From the NCBI GenBank assembly GCA_965240325.2, contig OZ251222.1, positions 1,426,001 through 1,490,000 of the forward strand: DNA of 64,000 nt. Reading direction: 5' to 3'. The stretch comes from Rebecca billardiae RCC1528 (lineage: Eukaryota; Protista; Haptophyta). Positions 34,189-46,222 of the stretch are shown here, piece by piece. Numbering within the stretch: position 1 is the first letter of the stretch; every line of letters starts with the position of its first letter. The notes below the pieces were generated by a model. The model was not told the origin of the DNA and ran no database searches. It was given only the letters and a program-made list of their open reading frames with translations. Position numbers and translations under genes: made by a program.

Positions 34189-36597
34189 ATGACCGACGCG
34201 ACGGGGATGCAGGGCGGGCAGGCAGGCTCGTGCGTCGTCCTCGCGCTGGGCACTCGTGGCGACGTGCAGCCCATGGCCGTCGTCGCGCGCATGCTCGCCG
34301 AGGGCGGCGTGTCGGACGTCCGCTTCGCCACGCACGCGACGTTTGCAGACGCGCTCGCGGACGTGGTCGGCGCGAGCGTGCAGCTCGTGCAGCTCACGGC
34401 GTTGCCAGCGCCGATCTGGGGCGTCGAGCGGTCGGATGGGGGGATGGACGCCGCCGGTCGCGCCTGCCTCCGCGCCGAGTGCGCGCGCGCGTGCGGCGGC
34501 GCGCGCACGATCGTGTTCAACCTGTTCGCCCTCGAGGGGTACGTGCTCGCTGAGGCGCTGGGCGCGCGCGCGCTGGCGTGCTCGCCGTACGTGATCCCGT
34601 ACGCGGCGCCGTCGGGCTTCGAGGCGCGGCTCGAGGCGCGCCACCCCGAGCTGCACCGCGCGCTCGCGCGCCAGCCCGACGGCGGCCTCGTGAGCCGCGC
34701 GGACGTGCTGCACTGGCTGTGGCCTCTCTTTGACGAGCGGCGCTGGGCGAGCTGGCGGGCGGAGCTGAGGCTCGGCCGCGTGCCCTGCCTGGACAGCGAG
34801 GGGCGGGTGAGCCTGGCGCACGCCACGTCGCTGTGCTACCTCTTCTCCGACCTCGTGCTGCCGCGCAGCGGCGGCTGGCCGCGCTGCGCGCACGTGATTG
34901 GCTACGCCGTGCGGGCGCCCGCCGCGCGGGACGTGCACGCGGACGGCGCGCACGCGAACGGCGCGCCGTGCGCCGGCGCGGACGTGTACGCCACGTTCGG
35001 CTCGGCGGCGCTGATCGGCGTGCTCGAGGAGGAAGACGCGCGGCTCGCGGCGCGCGCGCTGGCGAGCGCGTGCGCCTCGCTCGGCGTGCGCGCGCTGCTG
35101 CACGCGCCGCACCGCGGGCCGGTGTCGCGCGCGCTGCGCGACGCGCTCCGCGGCGGCGCGCCCGGCGCCGAGCGCGTGCGCGTGCACGAGGGCGAGCTCG
35201 ACGTGGCGGCGGTGCTCGCGCGCTCGCGGCTGGCGCTGCACCACGGCGGCGCGGGCAGCACGGCGGACGCGCTGCTCGCCGCCGTGCCCTCCGTCGTGCT
35301 CCCGCTCCACTTCGACCAGTACAACTGGGCGGCGCGCGTGTGCGCGCTCGGCGCCGGCGCCGAGCTGCGGCTGCGCGAGCTGCGCGCGCGCCCGCGCGCG
35401 CTCGAGGCCGCGATGGCTGCGCTGCTCGACGGCGGCGGCGGCGCGGCGGGCGCGCGCGCGGCGGCCGAGCGGCGCGGCGCGCTCGCGCGCTCGCTGCGCG
35501 CCGAGGCGTCCGGCAGCACCACGCGCCGCCTGCTCGCGCTGCACGCGGGCGCGCACAGCCCGCGCGCGCCCGACGCGGCGCGCGACGGCGGCGCGGCGTC
35601 GCAGCTGCTGCGCCGCGCGTACGTGGCGCGCGCGGCGCGCGGCACGGCCGCGGCGGCGGACGGCGGCGCGGCGCACGACGCCGCGCGGCACGCCGGCGGC
35701 ACCCTCCGCCTGCCCTGCGGCGCGCGCGTGCGCGTGCCGTGCCGCGCCGAGGGCGCGCACCTGCTGGCTGAGATCTGGGAGCGGCGCGCGTACGCGCGGC
35801 ACGGCGTCGCGGTGTGGCGCGGCGGCGAGGGCGGCGGCGAGGGCGGCGGCGAGGGCGGCGGCGCGGCGGCGCTGGTGGTGGACGTGGGTGCGCACGTGGG
35901 GCTCTTCGCGCTGTGGGCGCGCGCCGAGTGCCGCGGCGCGCGCGTGCTCGCGCTCGAGCCCGCGCCCGAGACGTGCGCCACGCTGCGCGACAACGTGGCG
36001 CGCAACGCGCCGCGCGACGTGAGCGTGGTGGAGGCGGCGGCGGGCGCGAGCGAGGGCTGGCGGCAGCTCACGTACTACCCGCACGCGCCGTGCACGTCGA
36101 CGTGCGCGCCGCGCGAGCGCGAGGCGGCGCACCGCGGCGCGCTCGCGCCCTGGCGGCTCGAGGGCGCGCGCGTGCTGCGCGTGCGCCAGACCACCGTCTC
36201 GGCCGCGCTGCGCGCGCACGCGGCCGAGCCGGGCGGGAGCGACGGCGGCGGCGCGTGCGCGCGCGTGCGGCTGCTCAAGGTGGACGCGGAGGGCGCCGAG
36301 CTCGAGGTGCTGCGTGGCGTGCGCGCGGAGGACTGGGCGCGCATCGAGCAGGTCGCCGTCGAGGTGCACGCGGTGGACGGCCGCGTCGAGGCCGTCGCCG
36401 AGCTGCTGCGCACGGCGGGCGCCTTCGAGCGCGTGCGCGTGGACGCGGACGCGCACATGCTCGCGCTCGGCCTCGACAACCGCATGGTCTTCGCCACGCG
36501 AGAGCCGTCACGGCCAGTGACGGGCCCGGGGAGCCGCGACGCGCGCGGCTCGCCGCGGCCGGTGCCGCCAGGGGCTTCCGCGTGCGGCGCGCACTGA
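34189..36597 (+). CDS. Fusion of a sterol 3-beta-glycosyltransferase-like GT-B domain (GT1/GT28-type) and an FkbM-family SAM methyltransferase, 802 aa
   Basis: N-terminal part: LGTRGDVQP, VRFATH, YATFGS, HHGGAGST, PLHFDQYNW. C-terminal part: VVDVGAHVGLF, VLALEP, LTYYP, LLKVDAEGAELEVLRG, IEQVAVEVH. One uninterrupted ORF. Confidence 0.9.
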   Translation: MTDATGMQGGQAGSCVVLALGTRGDVQPMAVVARMLAEGGVSDVRFATHATFADALADVVGASVQLVQLTALPAPIWGVERSDGGMDAAGRACLRAECARACGGARTIVFNLFALEGYVLAEALGARALACSPYVIPYAAPSGFEARLEARHPELHRALARQPDGGLVSRADVLHWLWPLFDERRWASWRAELRLGRVPCLDSEGRVSLAHATSLCYLFSDLVLPRSGGWPRCAHVIGYAVRAPAARDVHADGAHANGAPCAGADVYATFGSAALIGVLEEEDARLAARALASACASLGVRALLHAPHRGPVSRALRDALRGGAPGAERVRVHEGELDVAAVLARSRLALHHGGAGSTADALLAAVPSVVLPLHFDQYNWAARVCALGAGAELRLRELRARPRALEAAMAALLDGGGGAAGARAAAERRGALARSLRAEASGSTTRRLLALHAGAHSPRAPDAARDGGAASQLLRRAYVARAARGTAAAADGGAAHDAARHAGGTLRLPCGARVRVPCRAEGAHLLAEIWERRAYARHGVAVWRGGEGGGEGGGEGGGAAALVVDVGAHVGLFALWARAECRGARVLALEPAPETCATLRDNVARNAPRDVSVVEAAAGASEGWRQLTYYPHAPCTSTCAPREREAAHRGALAPWRLEGARVLRVRQTTVSAALRAHAAEPGGSDGGGACARVRLLKVDAEGAELEVLRGVRAEDWARIEQVAVEVHAVDGRVEAVAELLRTAGAFERVRVDADAHMLALGLDNRMVFATREPSRPVTGPGSRDARGSPRPVPPGASACGAH

Positions 36598-36973
36598 GGC
36601 CACAGGCTTCTATATACCGGCGGCACCTGCTGCCGCGACTAATGGCCCGCGGTGCAGGGCGGAGCGCGTAGCGTGGAGCCCTCGCCCCGAGGGCTCCACA
36701 CTACGTGCCGGAGTGACGCCCGTCCGTCCAAAAAAACTCGAACGCCCTTTAGGATGCTTAAACGTGACGAACCGTTGGCTCTGGCTCCGGTTGACCCCTG
36801 CCAGTCCGGTCATAGAAACCGGGCGTACCGAAAATGATCTTCGCATTCCTGCGGCCGAATGAACGCCCGAAGTGTCCCACAGGGCTCCAAGTAGGCTGTA
36901 GGGTTACTATGGATGGCCAATAACTAATAATAAGTGCCCACTGCCCAGGGTGTGAAACTCAGTTTGTGACTAC

Positions 36974-37111
36974 TTCAGACTCTATTTCCATAGCTATTTA
37001 CCCAGTCCGGTGACATATTTCCAATAGCTACGGGTGCATCCGGATCGCACCCGGACCGTGTTCTGACCAGAGTCTGAAATGGGTAAATACATAGTAAAAA
37101 TAGAGTCTGAA
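36974..37111. repeat. Short inverted-repeat (MITE-like) hairpin
   Basis: TTCAGACTCTATTT...TATTTACCCA versus TGGGTAAATA...AAATAGAGTCTGAA. Confidence 0.5.
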
Positions 37112-38078
37112 CTATAGAGGAAGTGCTTGTTGGCCCGATATCGCTCTGAAGTCATCATCTAGGCATCCATTGTGATTGAGGTCCTCCTGTGCAGTTTTCA
37201 CGAGTGACTTCATGAAGGAGCTCACAGTGCCCGTCTCTGGCAGGGGTCAACCGAAGCCAGAGCCCGTTACCGAAGCGCGTTTTTTTCGGCGATCAATAAT
37301 GACATTGCGCCGCTTGCAAGGTCATTCACGCCTACACGCCGCCCCCGGTGCACCTATGATACGTTTGGTCTTCACCGACTATTTATTGCATGTAGTCGCT
37401 CTTGGTTAATATGGCCTCTCGCGAGCGCGGCACCGGCCCGCAGAGCCAGAGGCCGCGACTCCAAAAGCTTGGTTGGGCCACGGGGCCGTCGCGCGCCGGT
37501 AGTGGCCGAACTCGCGAACGCGTTGGCCACTTGCGCACCGTTTCAATCCGACGGACTCGGCGCGCGGCTGCGGCGGGTCCCGACGGCCGTCGGCCCTCGT
37601 TTTCCGCTCCCGCAAGCCTTGCCGACAGTTTGCTTGAGACCCCTTCGCCTCGTTGAGAAAGCCGCACAAACCCAGCGAACAGTGGCCGAGATGCTAACAA
37701 GATTGCGACTGGGCCGCGAATCGACATCATCGTGCCTTTCGGGATGACGATTGGCTCTTTTAGCTTCGATTCCAAAGATTCGTAAAGATGCTATTGAGTT
37801 CATAATGTTCATATGTCTCACTTTGTCCCGGCGGGAGAAGTTGAGATGATCCGTCGACCGACCAATGGGAAGGCAGAACCGCGGGCATCGCGAAAAAACG
37901 CGTGATGAATTGTTCGCGGGTTGCGGCCCGACAGCCCGCCCGCCCAGGCCCGACAAAACACGCAGTGGGCCGGACGGCCGAACATTAAAATTAAATTGTT
38001 TTTTAAACTCGGCGTCACTGTTATACGGTGACGCGATATAAAGAGTGTGAACTGTACCGGTGGCGCGGTACTAAGCTA

Positions 38079-38140
<62 letters not shown>

Positions 38141-38358
38141 CATCAGTACTCTCTCTCTCTCCATACTTATTATTATTTAAAATATAGTGCCAGTAGGCAA
38201 TCGCGTTCGATCCCGGATCCGCCATCGGCCATGGGCATGGCACTTGGCAGCGCGGACCGTGTCACGGCTGCCCGAGCGGCGCGCCCCAAGGCTCCCAAGC
38301 CGGGCTGCTGCCGGGCAGCCGGCCGACCCGACGCTGCGCTGCCAGCTTTGCAACGTGC

Positions 38359-39785
38359 TCACGCCGAGCGCGGGGCGAGCAAGGCGAAGCACACGACGGC
38401 GATAGCCCCGACGGTGATTCCTGCGCCCAGGCGCGCGGCTGTACCTGCCATACGAACAGCGGCCAGGGGCAGGGCGCGTCGGGAGCGCAGGTCAAGTCAG
38501 CATCGCGATCGAGAGAGCATGCGCGGCCCCTCGCGATGCGGACGCGCGCCTTACCCCAGTCTAGCCCGCAGCGGCTCACCACGGGCCCAGTGCCCGCCGC
38601 CGTGATGAAGCACGTCGGCTCCTTGCCCGTGCGCTGGCGGTACTCGATCTGGAGCGCAGCGATGAGCTCTGGCGCGCGCTCTGCGCGCACCAGCGCCACC
38701 GTGCAGCCGCCGAATCCGCCACCGGTCATGCGCGCTCCGTACACGCCGTCGACGCTCATGGCGATCTCCACGAGCGCATCGAGCTCCGGCGTGGAGACCC
38801 CAAAGTCGTCGCGCAGCGACTTGTGGCTCTCGAGCATCAGCTGGCCAGCGGACGCGTAGTCGCGGCGGCGGAACGCCTCGACGGCGTTGAGAGTGCGCAC
38901 GTCCTCTGTGATGGCGTGGCGCGCGCGCTTCAGCTCGACCGGGCTGATGTCGTTCTTGCAGGCCTGCAGCTCAGCCATCGTGCAGCCCCGCAGCAGCGGG
39001 TCTGCCGCGGCTGCCGAGCTCGACTCGCTGCTTGGGAAGCGCTTGCGAATGGCGAGCGCGGCCGAATGGCACTCGCGCACGCGGTCTGGATACTCTGAGC
39101 CGGTGAGCTCGTGCTTCATGTTGGAGTTGGTGACGACGAAGGCGACCGACGGGTCGTTCATCGGCACGCGCGTCGTCTCGTACGGCGGCAGGCAGTCGAT
39201 GAGGAGCGCGTGCCCCGCGACGCCGCACGACGAGATCATCTGGTCCATGATGCCGCACGGCACGCCAGCAAAGTCGTGCTCGCACTTCTGGCAGCGGAGG
39301 GCGCGCAACTTCGGGTCGATGCGCAGGCCGTACGCCGTCTCGATGAAGACGGCCGTGGCAACCTCCAGGGAGGCGGAGCTGCTCAGCCCACCGCCCAGCG
39401 GCACGTCGCTCGCGAACGCGAGATCGAAAGAGCCGGTGTGCCCCGGCAGATCGCGCAGGTACTGCGCCACGACACCTTTGACATAGTTGGCCCATGCGGG
39501 CTCCCCACGGGTGAGGCCGGACTTCGTCGCGCGAAACGTCACGACCTGCCGCCCGCCAGCATTCACCGACACGATGCGGCACGTGCTGCCGGATGGGTTG
39601 CGCACGCCGGCCACAGCAGTGCGCTTGTCGATGGCGATCGGCATCACAAAGCCGCCGTTGTAGTCCGTGTGCTCCCCGATCACGTTGACGCGTCCAGGGG
39701 CCGAGACGCAGAATGCCGCTCGCGCGCCAAACGTCTCGGTGAAGAGGGCTGTCGCCTGCTCGCTCGGGGACGCGTCGCGCGCCAT
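38359..39785 (-). CDS. GALK: Galactokinase; complement(join(38359..38444,38555..39785)), 438 aa, hydrophobic C-terminal tail
   Basis: APGRVNVIGEHTDYN, WANYVKG, VPLGGGLSSSAS, CGIMDQ, GARMTGGGFGG. Intron GTAAGG...GCTGAC...GGCAG at 38445-38554. Confidence 0.93.
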
Positions 39786-40148
39786 GCTGCTCAACGTCCG
39801 CACGGTGGTAGGCCCTGGCCCCGGCGACGGCGAGGCGGCCACCGCTCCCGAGCACGGAGTCGGAAAAGCTTGGACGAGGCTCCGCGTGGCCGCCCGGGCC
39901 GGGGGGGGGGGGATGATGGACGATGACCCGATGACAATCAAGACGAACAGGACTGACTAACTCGATCAAGTTGAAAGTTCAGAACTGTATTGACTAGTGA
40001 GTCAGTGTCGCTCACAGTTGACGGTGTGTCGCGTGACTGTGTGACGCATCCATGCACTGAGACTCCGCCTGAACAGCCACAGCCACAGCCACAGCGACCG
40101 ACCGATAACTTGTCGGGAGTGCTGGCATCACAGTGGGAGACGGCGTGC

Positions 40149-40987
40149 TCACTTCGCAGGCTGCTCGAGACCCTGGGCGAGGAAGTACTCCTCGAGAGAA
40201 ACCAGCGATGCGGAGAACATGGGCGTGAACGCCGCGAGCTTGGGCACCGTCTCCTCCTCGGGGCCGCCCATCTTGGCGAAGAAGTCGGCACGGTACGGGG
40301 CAGCTGACATGGCGACCTGCGCGGCGCGCCAGCATGGATGGCGCGCAGAGGTGAGCGCCTTCCACCGTGGCCTGTGTGTGGCCCACATGAGCACGGGCAC
40401 ACGCCTGGTTTCCGCTGGGGGGTTCCGAGGCGCAAGATGGCGCACCTTAAAGACCTGCCGAACGGCGAAGTTGTGGTGCTGCGTGAGCGTTGTTGCGTAC
40501 GCGGCGCGGCCAGCATCGGCGACTTCCATGCCCTTGTTGCCAGTTAGCTGTGCGAGGAGCTGCTCCAGGAACTGCAAAGCCCTGCACGGGCCATGGGGAG
40601 GGGCGGGGATGCAGCAGTTGGGCACATCGTGTGCGGGCGGCAAAATGGCGAGGGCTGGCGCTGCGGCGCATACCGCTTGAGCCACAGCAGGGACATTGCC
40701 GTCGTGCCGTCCTTGTGCGTCACCTTTGCCTCGATGTCTTTCTGCACCATCGCATCGAGTGTCACATCTGGAGGGAAGTTCGCCATGTTGTTCCGGATGT
40801 GCGTCACGTTTCCGACCATGTCTTTCTTCACCATGCCGAGGCCAGAGCCCAGGCAGTCGAAGATGGAGATGATTGCGTCACACGCATCGAGAAACTCCGC
40901 CGCTGGGATGGAACCCTTCTCGCCCACCTTGACAGCCTCCCACTTTGCCAGGCAGTTGGCGGTGTCGAACTTCGGCTCGGCCGCCAT
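40149..40987 (-). CDS. GLTP: Glycolipid transfer protein (GLTP/HET-C2 family); complement(join(40149..40316,40446..40581,40674..40987)), 205 aa
   Basis: [44 protein letters not shown]. Two GT-AG introns give one clean frame. Confidence 0.9.
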
Positions 40988-41069
40988 CCTGACCGGACCC
41001 AGTGCCGGCTGCGGCACAGCCACGGCAGAGGACCGCTGCGAGAGATCGTGTCGCGTCCGCGGCCATATT

Positions 41070-42236
41070 ATGGGCAAGCTCAGGTACACCTGCGAGCGTG
41101 CTTGTGCTCTGCAACGCACAGCCTGCGATCGGCGCGTGGGCGCCGTGCTTTCCCATCACTCTCTCACGCACCACCCACCCACCCCTCCCCACATCTCTCG
41201 CCTCACGCGTGCACCGCGGCGACACCACGCATCCGCCCTCCTGGATATGAGCAGCAAGGACAAGCGGGACATCTACTATCGCAAGGCGAAGGAGGAGGGC
41301 TGGCGCGCGCGGTCTGCGTACAAGCTGCTGCAGCTTGACGAAGAGTTCAACCTGTTTGCAGGTGTCAAGCGTGCTGTTGACCTGTGCGCAGCGCCTGGTT
41401 CCTGGTCGCAAGTCTTGGCGCGCAGGCTCTGCAGCGACGAGGCGCACCGCGAGGACGCTCGGATTGTCGCGGTTGACCTCCAGGAGATGGCTCCCATCGA
41501 CGGTGTGCACACCATACAAGGAGACATAACCTCCGAGCGCACGATCAACGCCGTGCTCGACGCCTTTCGCGCTGGCGACGAGGAGCGCTTGGCCGATCTC
41601 GTCGTGTGCGATGGCGCACCCGACGTGACTGGCATGCATGACATCGACGAGTACATCCAAGCGCAGCTGCTCATGTCAGCGCTGAACGTGACGACGCATC
41701 TCTTGCGGCCAGGCGGCGCGTTCGTGACAAAGATCTTTCGGGGGAAGGACGTCACGCTCCTCTACGCGCAACTGAAGGTTTTCTTCGAGCACGTTGTGTG
41801 TGCCAAGCCCAAGTCGTCGCGCAACTCGTCGGTGGAGGCGTTCGCTGTGTGCCAGGGTTTCCGGCTGCCGGAGGGGTACACGCCCACGACCGTTGAGCCA
41901 CTCTTCACGCAGCAGTACGGGCAGCAGGGCCCGGTGAACCGCGTCATCGTTCCCTTTCTCGCGTGTGGCGACCTGAGCGGTCTTGATGCCGACGCCAACT
42001 ACCCCCTGGTGTTCGAGCTTGCGCCCGCCCCAACGGAGGCGCAGCCCATCGGCATCGACGAGAGCGCGGAGCGCAAACGCGCGACGCCACGCGACGAGGC
42101 GATCGCTGCAGGGTACACATATCTTGAGCCGACGCAGAAGCCAACCAAGCCGGCGTACAAGGCGGCGCTCGAGGAGCAATCCAGGCGAGACCAACGCAAG
42201 CTGTGCTTCGCGGAAGCCGCGCCCGCCCAGGCTTGA
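41070..42236 (+). CDS. TRM7: tRNA (cytidine32/guanosine34-2'-O)-methyltransferase; join(41070..41083,41255..42236), 331 aa
   Basis: Spliced N-terminus [29 protein letters not shown]; [12 protein letters not shown]; CDGAPDVTG; KIFRG; [11 protein letters not shown]. Confidence 0.95.
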   Translation: MGKLRYTCERACALQRTACDRRVGAVLSHHSLTHHPPTPPHISRLTRAPRRHHASALLDMSSKDKRDIYYRKAKEEGWRARSAYKLLQLDEEFNLFAGVKRAVDLCAAPGSWSQVLARRLCSDEAHREDARIVAVDLQEMAPIDGVHTIQGDITSERTINAVLDAFRAGDEERLADLVVCDGAPDVTGMHDIDEYIQAQLLMSALNVTTHLLRPGGAFVTKIFRGKDVTLLYAQLKVFFEHVVCAKPKSSRNSSVEAFAVCQGFRLPEGYTPTTVEPLFTQQYGQQGPVNRVIVPFLACGDLSGLDADANYPLVFELAPAPTEAQPIGIDESAERKRATPRDEAIAAGYTYLEPTQKPTKPAYKAALEEQSRRDQRKLCFAEAAPAQA

Positions 42237-42411
42237 GGCTATGTACGGTGGCGTCTGTCACTCTGACTCTGACTCTGACCTGCTGTAGCCACTCTGTGCG
42301 GACTGCGTGTGCCGCGTGTCGACAACGGAGTGACAAGTACATGACGGTGACAAACTAATATATATATATATATCAGATATATATATATACTGACACACTG
42401 TAATGCATGTA

Positions 42412-44345
42412 CCAGGTCGTTCCCCCTGCACTGGGAATCCGCGGTTTCGCACTATTCAGAGCACGAGGCCGCGGCATAGCAACGCAGATTTATTCTTCCG
42501 CTTGCTCTATCAGACCACTTGAACGATCTAATCGAGGTTTCCAATTGAAAATGACGAAAGTACATCCATCCATTAGAGAACCCAAATCCCGAGCGCGGCA
42601 AAGCCGTGGAACGCAGTAATCAGCCTCGTCAGCGATAGTCCGCTCACGAAATCGAGGCGCTGGAAATGAGTTCTTCGCGTGCAACCGCGGAGGCGGGAGC
42701 CCTCCCGCGGGTGCGGAGCACCGATTCTGACCCGCCCCCTGCGCCTGCGGCCGGGCGGCGAGTGCGATGCAGCTGGCCCGGCGCTGGGGGGCGCGGATGT
42801 GCTTGCGGAGCCGGCGTGCGTGGACGGGCTGTTGCGGGAGAGTATCTGCCGCCCTCCTGCGCCGCGCGACTTGCGCCACGCCTCTTTCGCCTCGGCTCAG
42901 GGCAGCGCGCACGCGCGCGCCGCCTCCGGGGCCAGCCTTCGGCCTGCGCCGCAGCCGACCGCGCGCGCGCCGTGCGCGGCGTGGTCGGGAAGGAACGGGC
43001 GCGGCTGCCGGGCGAGATGGCGATATCATGTGCGCACGCCATGCCGCCCCGCCACGCCTTGCCGAGCGTGTCGCTGGTCCATTTGCACGCCTCTTCGAGT
43101 TGTCACAAATGGTGTGCACGCGGCCTCGCGGTCGTGAGTCGTGACCGCTGGGGGCCGCGCCCGGGCCAGGGCGCTGCGGGCGCGGATGTGCTTGCGGAGC
43201 CGGCGTGCGTGGACGGGCTGTTGTGGGAGAGTATCTGCCGCCCTCCTGCACCGCGCGACTTGCGCCACGCCTCTTTCGCCTCGGCTCAGGGCAGCGCGCA
43301 CGCGGCGCGTCGCCTCAAGGCCAGCCTTGCCTGCGCCGCAGCCGACCGCGTGCGCGCCGTGCGCGGCGTGGTCGGGAAGGAACGGGCACGGCTGCCGGGC
43401 GAGATGGCGATATCATGTGCGCACGCCATGCCGCCCCGCCACGCCTTGCCGAGCGTGTCGCTGGTCCGTTTGCACGCCTCTTCGAGTTGTCACACTATGA
43501 ATGGTGTGCCACGGCCTCGCGGTCGTGACCCTTGCCGGGACGATCATTGAGACACAGAACAGTGCCAAGCGGGCACGCGGGATACTCTTACATGAATGTT
43601 CATCACCACGTGGTCGTGTAGAAGTGCTGGGTGCGACGCTTTCCTCGCGCGGATGCACTTTCATCATCTTCTTCGAGCTCCGAGGTCTGGCTTCAGGCAC
43701 GACAAGAAATCAGCACTCGTCAACAGCTGTGCGGATCCGTTATCGTGCCCTTTCGCGGCGCCGCGGGGCGGCATGGCGTGCGCACATGATGTCGTCATCT
43801 CGCCCGGCAGCACCCCCCGTTCCTTCCCGACCACGCCGCGCACGGCGCGCGCGCGGTTGCGGCTGCGGCGCGGGCACGGTGCGGCCCTGGCCTCCGAGGC
43901 GGCGCGCGCGTGCGCGCTGCCCTGAGCCGCGGCGAAAAGAGGCGTGGCGCGAGACGCGCGGCGCAGGAGGGCGCCATATACTCTCCCGCAACAGCCTGTC
44001 CACGCAAGCCGGCTCCGCGAGCACATCCGCGCCCGCAGCGCCGTGCCCCGGGCGCGCCGGCCGCCAACGGCGCTCGGCCGCCTTCGCCTGCCCGCCCTGC
44101 CGCCGAGGGCAAAGGTCAAGATTTGGTCGGCCCTCGCCTGCCGAGCCGCCACCGGCCGGGGGCTCCCTGCACCATCTATCTCATTGCGGCTCAATTTTGG
44201 GATTGCGAGACCAGCTCATCGATTGACGCACATCCGCACCCGCGAGACCTGAAAATCTTATTCGCGGGTAGCGACGGGTGCGTCCTGCGGCTGTTTTTCT
44301 CGTATGTCCAAACCGCGGATTCCCAGTGCAGGGGGAACGACCTGG
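42412..44345. mobile_element. Non-autonomous Tc1/mariner-type element, 1934 bp, TA TSD
   Basis: Perfect TIR of about 36 bp (CCAGGTCGTTCCCCCTGCACTGGGAATCCGCGGTTT) flanked by TA on both sides. Internal direct repeats of about 350 bp (42790-43137, 43179-43527) and an inverted copy (about 43762-44035). No transposase ORF recognised. Confidence 0.88.
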
Positions 44346-46222
44346 TAATGTATCAGTTTATCAGTATGACTATGAGCTTCCGAGAATCAGACACGGTCAC
44401 GGGCCGCGTCGTGATGGACCGAGTTACAGCTTAGTCCGACTGAGGCGTCACCGTCACGCGCTGCCACTGCGCGGCGCCTGAATCCCTGATCAGTCGTCAT
44501 CAGATGATTCTGAGAGTTCATGGATCAGTAATCATATTGATTGATCATCAGTGACGACGGTCGATGATGGCTCCCGAGACATCTCAATCTGATGACGGAC
44601 GTTACAACGCTCGTCAAGTCACTTGATGTCTCGTCAAGATGACTGGCAATTAATTAATTCAATTATTATAAATTAATATATTATGCGCGCTAGTAGCTAG
44701 ATCTCTCTCATGACTGCGCAGTCTCGAATCGGACGACGTAGTAGGATTCGCAGGCTGCCTCCGGCTGGCGGCTCCGCTGTCAAATCCCGACCGCAACCGC
44801 GGCTCCGCCGCAGACGCGGTACGCCGCCGGCAGATGTGAGGACCATGTGAAGCGAGTCACACCGGAGTAATCTTTTTCCGTAAGCAGGTTACTCACCACA
44901 TTTGGTTGGGGCCCAAAAACGTCCTTCCACAGCCTAACCACCCAACCATTCCAAGAGTGGCCAGCCGGACTACGATCACCGGACCTAACCAAGGTCGCCG
45001 GACAGAGAGCCAGTGCCCAACCATCACAGCCGGACTGCGCTACCGGACCTAACCAAGTTCACCGGACAGCCGGCTGGTGCCTAACCAGCTAACCTTCCCA
45101 GCCGGACAGCGATTACCGGACCCGTCACCCGTGCTAGCTAAGAATCTTAAAAAAGCATTTCAAAAACATTAAAACAATGCGCTGATGATGTGATCTGAAT
45201 AAAGATGGCTGCCGCTTTGCCGCCTGACGACGAACGTGGGGTGCCCATCCAACCTAACCACCCAACCAAGTTTCGTCGCGGAGCGGACTCGCGGCCTTTC
45301 ATCAAGCGAATCGGCGTTAGCGACGCCCGCGCCGCCCGAGCCAGCGCAGCGCCGGGACGGGCGCGGTAGTGGCTGCGCCAGGAGCGGCAAAGACGCGATA
45401 CTCTCGATGCGGGCGCTCGCGAGGGCGCACGTGCCGCGGCCCCCGCGCCCCCATTTTGTTCCCCGCTGCCGGACACGCACTGCTGCTGCCAGCGGCTTAC
45501 TGAGAACGCCGTCCGCGGCCTCCGCGGGGCTGCGCGCGCCTCGATCACAGCACGAGAGGTGTGCATCCCAGACCTCCCCGCTGTGCATGATGCATGCCGC
45601 GCGTCAGCTGGCTCGAGCTGCCCCACCCGCCCCCGCGCCCCATTTTGCGTCTGTCAACAACAATCCGCACACGACTTCTTCCAGCGTGCCAGACCGCGAG
45701 CGAGCAGCGCCGGCGCCGCGCGGCGAGCCGCCGTGGTGCCGCTCCAGCAGTTGCAGCGGCAGCGGCGCGAAAACGACGGTAGCGTCCCCGCCGCCATAAT
45801 CTGGACTCGCAGTGTGGCTGCTCGCACGAGCTCCCGCACCGCACGGACCAGCTGCGCTCGTGCGACGTGCGCTAACTAACGCGCACACGAGAAAATGGTT
45901 GGGTGGTTAGGTTAGGTTGGCACACCCCACTTCTCAAAGCTCGGTGGGGGCCGGCAGCCATGCTGATGCTCGCGCATGCTGACCACGATGGTTGGGTGGT
46001 TAGGTTGGATGGGCAACCATCTCACGACCAGCCGGCTGGCTGAGAGCCGGCAGCCATGCTGGCGCTCATGCTGGCGACGAAACTTGGTTGGGTGGTTAGG
46101 TTGGATGGGCACCCCTCTCGCGTCCCGTGAGTCCAGGCCGGCCGGCCGCGGCGGCCGCGCGGACGCACGGGACGCATGGACGGCCGGCAGCCTTGCTTAG
46201 CATGCTCGCACTTGCTGGCGAC

